Assembly: GCA_964478025.1 (NCBI GenBank)
Contig: CAYZGK010000002.1
Location: 22,727 to 86,726 of the forward strand
Source: an uncultured Christensenella sp.
GTDB lineage: Bacteria; Bacillota; Clostridia; Christensenellales; UBA3700
Direction of reading: 5' to 3'
DNA length: 64,000 bases
Shown one piece after another: positions 37,456 through 48,596 of this stretch (its first letter is position 1; the number at the start of each line of letters is the position of its first letter). The notes beneath the pieces are model-generated. The model was not told where the DNA came from. It saw only the letters and a list, made by a program, of their open reading frames with translations, and ran no database searches. A program made the position numbers and the translations under genes.

Positions 37456-37770
37456 TCAATCTAACGCTTTTTGCATCCTATTTAATCTTTCAATTAAAGC
37501 TTCTCTTTCATTAATAAGAATTTCCCTTCTTTCTTTTTCTGTTGATAGTCCCATATCATATAATGAAATATATTTTTTTAATGCATCAATTGGCAAATCT
37601 GCTCCCCTCATACATTTAATAAATCTAATGCGGGCAATATCATTGTCATTATAATTTCTAATGCCACCTTTAGTTTTTGTAATCGGACCACCTATTAGTC
37701 CTTCCTTCTCGTAATACCTTAAAGAATCTGGCGTTAAATCCTCTTGTGTAGCTACTTCTTTTATTGTTAT
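37456..37770 (-). CDS. MerR family transcriptional regulator, apparently with a non-canonical ATA start
   Basis: An uninterrupted 104-codon frame reads ITIKEVATQEDLTPDSLRYYEKEGLIGGP...GIRNYNDNDIARIRFIKCMRGADLPIDALKKY..., a MerR HTH plus coiled coil. AAGGAGG lies 5 nt upstream of the ATA at 37770. There is no in-frame ATG, GTG or TTG near the 5' end, which explains its absence from the ORF track. Confidence 0.65.
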   Translation of the reverse strand: MTIKEVATQEDLTPDSLRYYEKEGLIGGPITKTKGGIRNYNDNDIARIRFIKCMRGADLPIDALKKYISLYDMGLSTEKERREILINEREALIERLNRMQKALD

Positions 37771-37812
37771 ATATGCCTCCTTTTGCTTCTTACAAATTAA
37801 TAGTAAACCTTG

Positions 37813-37836
37813 GAGTTAACTCTAAGTTAAGAGTTA
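37813..37836. promoter_or_regulatory. overlapping palindromes upstream of the MerR gene (candidate MerR operator)
   Basis: GAGTTAACTC at 37813-37822 is a 10-bp palindrome. TAACTCT-N6-AGAGTTA spans 37817-37836. Confidence 0.45.
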
Positions 37837-37864
37837 TTTTAATATTTTTTTTGCAAAATATTTT

Positions 37865-37901
37865 TTCGGCTAATTTTGGGTAATTATAAAAATTAGCCGA
37901 A
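37865..37901. promoter_or_regulatory. 13-bp-arm inverted repeat abutting the -35 of ATPase paralog 2
   Basis: TTCGGCTAATTTT (37865-37877) and AAAATTAGCCGAA (37889-37901) form perfect arms with an 11-nt spacer. The repeat ends 7 bp before the -35. Confidence 0.6.
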
Positions 37902-37908
37902 GTTTTTA

Positions 37909-37937
37909 TTGATTTAAATTTATTATTTTCGTATAAT
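37909..37937 (+). promoter_or_regulatory. promoter of ATPase paralog 2
   Basis: TTGATT (37909-37914), 17 nt, TATAAT (37932-37937). The RBS AGAGGA precedes the ATG at 37963. Confidence 0.65.
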
Positions 37938-37962
37938 AAAAGAAAAAAAATAGAGGATTTTT

Positions 37963-39192
37963 ATGAAATACTTAAAAAGACATATTGAAGACATAGTTTT
38001 ACAGGCAAGCGAATCTTACTCTGCAATACTATTAACTGGTCCACGTCAATCAGGAAAAACCACTATGCTTTTAGAACTTTCAAAAAGAGAAAATAAAAAT
38101 AGAGAGTATGTCACGCTTGATGATTTATCCAATCGTGAAATTGCAAAAAAAGACCCTGCTCTATTTTTACAAATTCATAAACCTCCCGTTTTGATTGATG
38201 AAGTTCAATATGCGCCAGAATTATTTACTTATATAAAAATATATATAGATACTCACCATAATCCCGGTGACTTTTGGATGACAGGATCTCAAATTTATCG
38301 TTTAATGAAAGGCGTACAGGAATCCCTTGCCGGAAGAGTTGCCTTGCTTCATATGTCTCCAATGTCTCAAAGAGAAATTGAAGGTTATCCTCTAAAGCCA
38401 TTTAAAGTAAATTTAGAAGAGTTATTAAAGGAAACTAATATAATAAAACCAAAAACTACACCAGAAGTTTTTCAAAATATTTGGCGTGGCTCTATGCCAG
38501 GTATAATAAGCGGTGAATATAAGAATAGAAACCTATATTACTCTTCTTATATCTCAACATATATAGAACGTGATGTTAATGATATCGCAAAAAATATTAA
38601 CGCACTAAAATTTAATAATTTTATAATTTCACTTGCTGCTAGAACATCACAATTATTAAATTATAGCGCCCTTGCAGAAGATGCGGATATTGACATCCAA
38701 ACGGCAAAAAACTGGCTAAATATATTAGAGACACTTGGAATTATATTCTTACTACACCCATACTCTAACAATACACTAAAACGAACTATAAAAACACCAA
38801 AAGTGTATTTCTATGATACTGGACTTGTTTGCTATTTAACAAAATGGTCATCGCCAGAGGTCGCAGAATACGGTGCAATGAATGGTGCACTACTTGAAAA
38901 TTATACAGTTTCCGAAATAGTAAAAGGTTATCAAAATGCTGGACTTGAACCTTATTTATATTTTTATAGAGATAAAGATAATAAAGAGATTGATGTTGTT
39001 CTAGAAGGAGATGGAAAACTTTTTCCTATAGAGATAAAGAAAACAGCAATACCTGACAAAAAAATAGTTAAAACATTTAATGTTATAGATAAATCACCTT
39101 TACAAAAAGGAACAGGTGCCGTACTTTGCATGGCAGAAAAAGTTAACGCTTTTGATAAAGACAATCTAATTATTCCTATCTGGATGATTTAA
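37963..39192 (+). CDS. stand-alone AAA+ ATPase with C-terminal DUF4143/PD-(D/E)xK-like domain, paralog 2
   Basis: 409 aa. Motifs seen: Walker A GPRQSGKTT, Walker B LIDEVQ, MTGSQ, LAGRV, PKVYFYDTGL, and C-terminal EIDVVLE...FPIEIKK. Confidence 0.85.
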   Translation: MKYLKRHIEDIVLQASESYSAILLTGPRQSGKTTMLLELSKRENKNREYVTLDDLSNREIAKKDPALFLQIHKPPVLIDEVQYAPELFTYIKIYIDTHHNPGDFWMTGSQIYRLMKGVQESLAGRVALLHMSPMSQREIEGYPLKPFKVNLEELLKETNIIKPKTTPEVFQNIWRGSMPGIISGEYKNRNLYYSSYISTYIERDVNDIAKNINALKFNNFIISLAARTSQLLNYSALAEDADIDIQTAKNWLNILETLGIIFLLHPYSNNTLKRTIKTPKVYFYDTGLVCYLTKWSSPEVAEYGAMNGALLENYTVSEIVKGYQNAGLEPYLYFYRDKDNKEIDVVLEGDGKLFPIEIKKTAIPDKKIVKTFNVIDKSPLQKGTGAVLCMAEKVNAFDKDNLIIPIWMI

Positions 39193-39202
39193 ATAATAAA
39201 AA

Positions 39203-41920
<2,718 letters not shown>

Positions 41921-41933
41921 AATGTTTTATGCC

Positions 41934-43694
41934 TTAGTTTTCTTTTCTTTCCTTATAAGAATTTAAAAATTCTTTAGATAATTTTAAAATTTCTTGTTTT
42001 ACATCATCTGCAAGTATTCCTAACTCATCTATTTCTTGACATACATGTGATGCATTATGCTCAATATATTTAATTAATTCCCTCTTAAATACATTAATTT
42101 CTTTAAGCGGAACAGTTTGCATAATATGATTTAGTGAAGCTACAAGTGTAATTACTTGTTCATGCTGACTCATTGGATGATATTGCTCTTGTCTTAATAA
42201 GTACATAAGTCCCATACCATATTGAAGTTGACTTCTTGTTACATCATCAAGTTCACTTGAAAATTGTGTAAATACTTCCATTTCTCTATATTGAGCTAAA
42301 TCCAAACGAATAGCACCTGCTGCTTTTTTCATAGCCTTTGTTTGAGCATCTCCACCTACACGGGATACAGAAATACCAACGTTTACAGCTGGTCTTTGTC
42401 CTTCAAAGAATAAGTCACTTTCTAGGAATATTTGTCCATCTGTAATAGAAATTATATTTGTTGGAATATATGCTGATACATCCCCTGCTTGTGTTTCAAC
42501 AATTGGAAGTGCTGTCATACTTCCGCCGCCCTTTGCATCAGATAAATGAGCAGCTCTTTCAAGCAAACGTGAGTGCAAATAGAATACATCTCCAGGATAT
42601 GCTTCACGGCCTGGCGACCTTTCTAGCAATAATGAAAGAGCACGATATGCAACAGCATGTTTAGATAAATCATCATAAACAATAAGTACATCCTTGCCTT
42701 TATTCATAAAATATTCTCCAATTGCACATCCTGAGTATGGAGCAATATATTGAAGTGGTGCTGAATCACTTGCACTTGCACAAACAACAATAGAATATTT
42801 TAATGCATCATTTTTTCTTAAAACTTCAACAAGTTGAGCTATGGAACTTGCTTTTTGTCCAATAGCTACATATATACAAATAACGTTTTTGCCTTTTTGA
42901 TTTAATATAGTATCTAAGGCAATAGCTGTTTTTCCTGTTTGTCTATCACCAATTATAAGTTCACGTTGTCCTCTTCCTATTGGGAACATAGAGTCAATAG
43001 CCAATAAACCTGTTTCCATAGGCTTATTTACTGGTTGTCTATCTATAATACCTGGAGCTGGTGACTCAATAGGATTGTATCCTGTAGCTTTTATATCACC
43101 TTTTCCATCTATTGGGGAACCTAGTGCATCAACAACTCTTCCAATAAGGTCTTCCCCAACTGGAACGCCTGCTGTTTTTCCTGTTCTTTTAACAGTACTT
43201 CCCTCAACTATTTCTTGATCATCTCCAAATAAAATACAACCAATACTATTTTCTTTTAAATCTTGAACCATTCCGCGAATACCTGATGAGAAAATTAATA
43301 TTTCTCCATAGGTTGCGTTATCTAGACCACTTACTGTTGCAATTCCATCTCCAACACTTAAAACAGTACCAACTTCCTCTGCTAAAACTTTTGGAGTCCA
43401 GTTTTGAATAGTTTCTTGTAAAAGAGGAATAACATCTTTAGAATTAGATTTGCCTATATTTAAGATTTTCTCTTGTAATTGTTTAACAAGTCCACTAGTG
43501 CTCCAGTTATAAACATCAGCACCTACAACTAATTTAAAACCATTTTTAAAAGAATCATCTTTTACCCATTCAAGTTGGATATCTTCAGAATACTTATTTT
43601 TTAAGAATTCTAAAAATTTTCCATAGCGAACTTCATCAGGTTTACTAGCGCTATATAATATGGCTTTTTTATTTATTTTTGTTTTTCTCACCAT
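41934..43694 (-). CDS. atpA: F0F1 ATP synthase subunit alpha with an N-terminal delta(OSCP)-C-terminal-like extension
   Basis: The alpha core is present ([17 protein letters not shown]..., GDRQTGKT). About 85 extra residues precede it: [12 protein letters not shown]...[40 protein letters not shown], which resembles the C-terminal domain of subunit delta. I prefer the ATG at 43694, with AGGAGA 9 nt upstream; the track start at 43718 is a GTG. Confidence 0.85.
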   Translation of the reverse strand: MVRKTKINKKAILYSASKPDEVRYGKFLEFLKNKYSEDIQLEWVKDDSFKNGFKLVVGADVYNWSTSGLVKQLQEKILNIGKSNSKDVIPLLQETIQNWTPKVLAEEVGTVLSVGDGIATVSGLDNATYGEILIFSSGIRGMVQDLKENSIGCILFGDDQEIVEGSTVKRTGKTAGVPVGEDLIGRVVDALGSPIDGKGDIKATGYNPIESPAPGIIDRQPVNKPMETGLLAIDSMFPIGRGQRELIIGDRQTGKTAIALDTILNQKGKNVICIYVAIGQKASSIAQLVEVLRKNDALKYSIVVCASASDSAPLQYIAPYSGCAIGEYFMNKGKDVLIVYDDLSKHAVAYRALSLLLERSPGREAYPGDVFYLHSRLLERAAHLSDAKGGGSMTALPIVETQAGDVSAYIPTNIISITDGQIFLESDLFFEGQRPAVNVGISVSRVGGDAQTKAMKKAAGAIRLDLAQYREMEVFTQFSSELDDVTRSQLQYGMGLMYLLRQEQYHPMSQHEQVITLVASLNHIMQTVPLKEINVFKRELIKYIEHNASHVCQEIDELGILADDVKQEILKLSKEFLNSYKERKEN

Positions 43695-44178
43695 TTTCTT
43701 CGCTCTCCTGAGTGGCACTTAAAAACTCATCATATGAACTTTCTAATGATTTTTGAGCAAGTTTTTCTACTGCAGATGCAGTTAATTTTGCAATTTCTTT
43801 TTGAGCTGATGAAATAATCTTTTCCTTTTCATTTTCAGCACTAAGTTTTGCATCTGAAACTATCTTTTCTGCTTCTTTCTTAGCGTTTTGTAATTGATCT
43901 TGACTGCTCTTTTCAGCTTCTTTTTCAGCAACAGCTTTTAAATTAGAAATTTCCTCTTCAGCTGAATTTAACTTTTCTTGATAAGTTTTTTCTAGCGAAT
44001 TTGCATTTTCTAATTTTTTATTTGCTTCATCATCCATTTGCTTATAGTATGCACTTCTCTTGTCCATAAACTTTTTTACGGGCTTATATAGCAAGAAATA
44101 CAAACCTGCTGCTAAAATTGCAAAATTTAGCAAGTGAAGCAATATTTGTTGCCAATCTATATTCAAAGGAATATTCAT
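43669..44178 (-). CDS. atpF: F0F1 ATP synthase subunit b
   Basis: 169 aa with a single N-terminal TM followed by a long charged helix. It lies between the c and alpha genes. Confidence 0.85.
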   Translation of the reverse strand: MNIPLNIDWQQILLHLLNFAILAAGLYFLLYKPVKKFMDKRSAYYKQMDDEANKKLENANSLEKTYQEKLNSAEEEISNLKAVAEKEAEKSSQDQLQNAKKEAEKIVSDAKLSAENEKEKIISSAQKEIAKLTASAVEKLAQKSLESSYDEFLSATQESEENGEKNKNK

Positions 44179-44194
44179 GACCTTTTCCTACCTT

Positions 44195-44563
44195 TTATAA
44201 AACGAATATTATTAATATAGCAACTATTAATGCATAAATAATAGCTGTCTCAACGAATACTAGACCAAGCATAAGACTTGTTCTAATTTTTCCTTCTGCT
44301 TCTGGTTGACGAGAAATACCCTCAACTGATTTTGCTATAGCAATACCCATAGCAACGGCACCTGCTGCTGCAGCTAAGCCGATTGCAAGACCAGCAGCTA
44401 AAGCCTTTGAACCTGTTGAGTTCTCGCTTGTTTGTTCACTTGCGGTTGTTTGAGAAGTTGTTGTATCTTCTGCAAATACTGTAGCTGTAAATGAAACTGA
44501 TATAATAGATATAAGTATCAATAGCACGAATAGTGCAGGAATAATTCTTTTCATTGTTTTCAT
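44195..44563 (-). CDS. atpE: F0F1 ATP synthase subunit c with an N-terminal signal-peptide-like extension
   Basis: The c-subunit hairpin reads ...GISRQPEAEGKIRT...LVFVETAIIYALIV. It is preceded by MKTMKRIIPALFVLLILISIISVSFTATVFA and a Ser/Thr-rich linker. The ATG at 44563 lies 8 nt after GGAGG. Confidence 0.85.
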   Translation of the reverse strand: MKTMKRIIPALFVLLILISIISVSFTATVFAEDTTTSQTTASEQTSENSTGSKALAAGLAIGLAAAAGAVAMGIAIAKSVEGISRQPEAEGKIRTSLMLGLVFVETAIIYALIVAILIIFVL

Positions 44564-44579
44564 TTTAATTACCTCCAAT

Positions 44580-45416
44580 CTAAGCTTTTTGTGTAATTTT
44601 TTCTTTCTTTATTTTTTTATGTGGTTCTGAAACTTCTCCATAGAAAAGTGCTGTTAACATCGTTAATACATATGCTTGAATTAAAGCGTGTAACAATGTA
44701 AATACAACACCTACAACTACTGGAAGAACAAAACTTAATTGCAAATAATAATAAACGAGTTCTGTAACTAATAGTCCACTTAAAAGTGCACCAAATAAAC
44801 GGAAACTCATGGAAATTGGTAATGAGAAATCTTTTAAGGTATTACCTACCCCTCTTAAGCCATTTCCTGCTATACCACCAGATAAGATAATACAATAAGA
44901 TAAACATCCCATAGCAATTGCAGCATTTATATCCGATAGTGGTGCTGGAAGTGCTATTGAATGACCTTGAATTGTAACGCCTTGAAGTCCTATTAATTCA
45001 AATAATGTACCCACAAATATATATACACCGGCTGCAAAAATATAAGCCCCTAAAAATCCATTTCTATGAGGGCTATTTGATTTTGCCATTCCATCAAACA
45101 TGCCAACTAATTTTTCAAGTAATAATTGGAACTTTCCTGGAATATATTTAAATTTAGGTATTGCAAATATTCTAATTAAAGCAGCAACAACCAATAAGAC
45201 AATTGTTACAACATACGCGGAAATCAAAGCAGGATTAACATCTTTTATACCAAAAAGACTAATCTTACCCGTCTCATGAAGAACAGCATCCTTCATTGTC
45301 TCTTGAATAGATTCTGCTCTTTCAACTTTATTGTTTGTAAGTATGATTCCAACAAGCAAAGCTATTACGATTAAAACCAATAGCCCAATGGATATCAATT
45401 TTTGCTTCTTGCTCAT
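44580..45416 (-). CDS. atpB: F0F1 ATP synthase subunit a
   Basis: A polytopic membrane protein with the conserved Arg region (SMSFRLFGALLSG). I prefer the ATG at 45416, which has AAAAGGAG upstream. Confidence 0.88.
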   Translation of the reverse strand: MSKKQKLISIGLLVLIVIALLVGIILTNNKVERAESIQETMKDAVLHETGKISLFGIKDVNPALISAYVVTIVLLVVAALIRIFAIPKFKYIPGKFQLLLEKLVGMFDGMAKSNSPHRNGFLGAYIFAAGVYIFVGTLFELIGLQGVTIQGHSIALPAPLSDINAAIAMGCLSYCIILSGGIAGNGLRGVGNTLKDFSLPISMSFRLFGALLSGLLVTELVYYYLQLSFVLPVVVGVVFTLLHALIQAYVLTMLTALFYGEVSEPHKKIKKEKITQKA

Positions 45417-45570
45417 AAGCAACTTACTCCTTTTTAATAAAAAAAATAATGTTCCTTCACCGTCTGACATTAGCGAAGTAACATTTATTGTCTATAGTTC
45501 AAAACTATCGCACAACGTCATATTAAACGCCTGTAGGACCTAGTTTTTTTACTATGTAGTAATATACCAA

Positions 45571-45595
45571 AAATGCTCAAAAAACACAAGCATTT
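45571..45595 (-). terminator. weak terminator after the trkA-like gene, just upstream of the atp promoter
   Basis: The stem pairs AAATGCT with AGCATTT around an 11-nt loop, and a T-run follows on the minus strand. An extended -10, TGGTATATT (minus strand, 45569-45561), follows. Confidence 0.4.
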
Positions 45596-45620
45596 TTTTA
45601 AATTCATAAAAGAACGAAAA

Positions 45621-46301
45621 TTAACTTTCTTCTTTAGAAGCCTTTCTTCTTATATATTTAACAATAGCATCTTGATCTTGATAAGAAGTTACGACGAATA
45701 ATTTATCTCCAAGTTTTATCTCTGTAGAACCTGATGGAATTAAAACTTGTGTCTTTCTAGAGATACATGCAATAGTATAAAGATTAGTATTTTCAAGCTG
45801 CATTAAGGTCTTTCCTATTATTGCAAGATTTGGAGAATCTAATTTTATTTCAAGCATGGATATTTTATCTTGTTCAAATGCAAGTGAATTAACAACATTT
45901 TCAAAGTTAACTTCAGATTGAATTGTTCTTACCAAGAATTCTGCTGAAGATACAACGGATTTTATTCCAAGTTCATGGAATAAATCAACGTTCTTAGGGT
46001 TTGTAACAGTACAAATAATTTTATCTATATTAAATACTTTTTCTGCAATTTGACAAATAACGAAATTATCTTCATCCTTTGCACATAGTGCTACTACCAT
46101 ATCGCAACCTTGAATTCCTGCTCTTTCAAGAACCGATATCATTGTTGGATCATCGTTATAAACCTTAACTTTATACTCTTTAGATAAATTCTTTGAGTAA
46201 TCTAAATCTTTGTTAATAATAACTAGTTGGTGTTTTTCTTCTCTAAACTTTTTAACTATATAGTCTGCCTCATGACGACCACCAGCAATTAAAATCTTCA
46301 T
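45621..46301 (-). CDS. TrkA/KtrA-like K+ transport regulatory protein (TrkA-N plus TrkA-C)
   Basis: The Rossmann-like N-terminus is MKILIAGG and a TrkA-C-like C-terminus (GKTLMQL...GDKLFVV) is present. The ATG at 46301 lies 8 nt after GGAGGA. Confidence 0.7.
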   Translation of the reverse strand: MKILIAGGRHEADYIVKKFREEKHQLVIINKDLDYSKNLSKEYKVKVYNDDPTMISVLERAGIQGCDMVVALCAKDEDNFVICQIAEKVFNIDKIICTVTNPKNVDLFHELGIKSVVSSAEFLVRTIQSEVNFENVVNSLAFEQDKISMLEIKLDSPNLAIIGKTLMQLENTNLYTIACISRKTQVLIPSGSTEIKLGDKLFVVTSYQDQDAIVKYIRRKASKEES

Positions 46302-46302
46302 A

Positions 46303-46713
46303 TTAGTCATCCTCCGCAGATATTTCGTTATACTTTTTAATAGATAAATCAAATGGATCTATAACATTGTATTTTGTAAGTTTAAACAATTGATCTTTAT
46401 CATCGTTACTTTGTCTTACAAATATTTTCTTTGCATGATAAATATTGTCACAAATAGCTGCTAAGAAAATATTAGTATTATCGCTTTCTGTTGCTATAAT
46501 AACTTGAGCAGATTTTGAAACTTCTGCTTCTTCCATAACATGAGCTTCAAAAGCGTCATCTACTATTTCTATTCCAGTAAAATCTGAAGATACTTGCTTA
46601 AACGCTTCTTGTTTTTTATCAATAAGCACTACATCCTCTCCATCAGCAGAAAGTTTACTAGCTAAGTATGATCCAAACTTACCGCAACCTATTATAACTA
46701 TATGATCTCTCAT
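46303..46713 (-). CDS. TrkA-N domain protein (NAD-binding, no C-terminal domain)
   Basis: 136 aa. The N-terminus is HIVIIGCGKFGSYLASKL, a GxGxxG motif. Confidence 0.7.
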   Translation of the reverse strand: MRDHIVIIGCGKFGSYLASKLSADGEDVVLIDKKQEAFKQVSSDFTGIEIVDDAFEAHVMEEAEVSKSAQVIIATESDNTNIFLAAICDNIYHAKKIFVRQSNDDKDQLFKLTKYNVIDPFDLSIKKYNEISAEDD

Positions 46714-46780
46714 CTTATCTCCACTTAAGTTTTTATTCTATATATTATTACACCATTTTCACTAATAAAGTCAAACCTCT

Positions 46781-47143
46781 CTACTTTAAATCATAAAATG
46801 GACTTGTGTCTCTATCTCTATATTCATGCTTCTCATAGTAGCCAATAAGTTCATCATTTTCATCACGCAGTGCTACCATATACACATCCTTATTATGCTT
46901 TGGATTATAAAATGTATGAACTATATTGTTATCCTTACTCTTTTTAAACCAATCAACAACTTTTACTATTAATTCTTGAGATTTTGGATTATGGCAGTCA
47001 AATATGCTCTTATTTAAAATACTATCTCCGTATGCCTCTCTCGCTCTTTTATTTAAATAAATTACATTGTGATCTAAATTGCATATAACAATCTTTGCTG
47101 TATCTTGTTCAATAATACTTTTTAAAAATTTTTCTATTTCCAT
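46781..47143 (-). CDS. small PAS-like domain protein
   Basis: 120 aa. IVICNLDHNVIYLNKRAREAYG...DCHN resembles a single PAS fold. This is a weak call. Confidence 0.4.
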   Translation of the reverse strand: MEIEKFLKSIIEQDTAKIVICNLDHNVIYLNKRAREAYGDSILNKSIFDCHNPKSQELIVKVVDWFKKSKDNNIVHTFYNPKHNKDVYMVALRDENDELIGYYEKHEYRDRDTSPFYDLK

Positions 47144-47150
47144 ACACTAC

Positions 47151-48530
47151 CTATTTTATTTGTTTTACTAGATTATCTATATCGTTTAAATTTATTCTTT
47201 TTGAAGCAATATATGTTTGACCAGATTTATCAAACTCTCCATATGTGTCAATAACAAATGTTCCATCCTTTAAACATACATTTCCAGAATATCCTGTATC
47301 TGAATCTGAATATTCCCCATAAGAAGTTACATCTTCTGAGTAAATATGAGCTAGCCTTATTTCATATTGGCCAGTTGAACTTGTATCACCATTATACCAC
47401 TTTTCAAGATCTTCAAATGTTCCTACCCAAGCACACCAACCACGGCTACTTATAGAACCTACTGATGTTGTTTTATTTATAATATCTCTATACGTAATTA
47501 ATATTCTACCTGAATTGTCCGTACAATATTCTGCTTTATGTCTATCTCCATTTAATGAATCAGGTACATATTTTAATTCAGTCCAACTCTCCCCCTCATC
47601 ATAAGAAAATGCCATCATCGAATTGCTCTTATGAGTATTATTTCTAGCAATCATTACGAGTTTATCTCCAAGACCATTATCTGATCTTATAACCTCAACT
47701 TCGCATAATTTATTTTTTTTAGCAATACTTCTTTGTGATGAACTTAAACCTTTTTTGCTATTAGATAAATATTCCTCAGGCTTTGACCATTGCATATTAC
47801 CATCTACATCAAAAGTTAAAATTGATTTATATAACTTAAAACTTGCATCATGAAAAAGCCCCATCCATTTATCTACAAACTCTCCATTTTCTTTTAATTG
47901 TGTTAGTGAGCTCATAGCAACTATTGCAGCAACATATCCATCGCTTCCATATTCATAAAATGTTTTAAACTCAGACCAAGTTTCACAATTATCTAGAGAA
48001 ATTGAAGCATTAAATCCATTTCCATGATCATAATTTTCAAAAACATTAACGCCATTTTTACCCCATTTAGGATTTGCAGAAATTAATATATGTTTTTTAT
48101 CTCCATTTTTAAAATTTAGTTCATAAATAGTTGGAGTTTCTTCACTATAAAGCCATGAATTTGGTGTTGTTTTTCTTTCCGAATAAGTTAAGCCTCCATC
48201 ACTTGATGTCTTAACCAAAATAGGACCTTTTCCATGGCCATGCACATATGCGGTCCATATTACTTCATTATCCGTTCCTTTATTTAATAAAACACTATCT
48301 GGATGAGCTAAATAATTCCACTCGCCACCTTCTAAATTACAATTACTTTCACATCTATCTACTTCTGTTAAATCATATAAATAAGAATATGCTTCATCAA
48401 TATTATCCGGCTTTTGTGTTAGATCAATAAAAACAGCTGCTCTTGTAGTTTCTTTAGTACTACAAGAAACACTAAATATAATGGTTAACAACAAAACTAA
48501 AATAGTTAAAACTTTTATTGTTTTTTTCAT
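47151..48530 (-). CDS. BNR/Asp-box repeat lipoprotein (sialidase-like beta-propeller)
   Basis: 459 aa. The lipobox is FSVSC and the Asp-box motifs are SSDGGLTYS, SLDNCETWS and SYDEGESWT. Confidence 0.7.
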   Translation of the reverse strand: MKKTIKVLTILVLLLTIIFSVSCSTKETTRAAVFIDLTQKPDNIDEAYSYLYDLTEVDRCESNCNLEGGEWNYLAHPDSVLLNKGTDNEVIWTAYVHGHGKGPILVKTSSDGGLTYSERKTTPNSWLYSEETPTIYELNFKNGDKKHILISANPKWGKNGVNVFENYDHGNGFNASISLDNCETWSEFKTFYEYGSDGYVAAIVAMSSLTQLKENGEFVDKWMGLFHDASFKLYKSILTFDVDGNMQWSKPEEYLSNSKKGLSSSQRSIAKKNKLCEVEVIRSDNGLGDKLVMIARNNTHKSNSMMAFSYDEGESWTELKYVPDSLNGDRHKAEYCTDNSGRILITYRDIINKTTSVGSISSRGWCAWVGTFEDLEKWYNGDTSSTGQYEIRLAHIYSEDVTSYGEYSDSDTGYSGNVCLKDGTFVIDTYGEFDKSGQTYIASKRINLNDIDNLVKQIK

Positions 48531-48596
48531 TTAATCACCCATTTACCCATAACTTATAAGTATTATACAATTTATATTTACTTTATTAAACAATGA

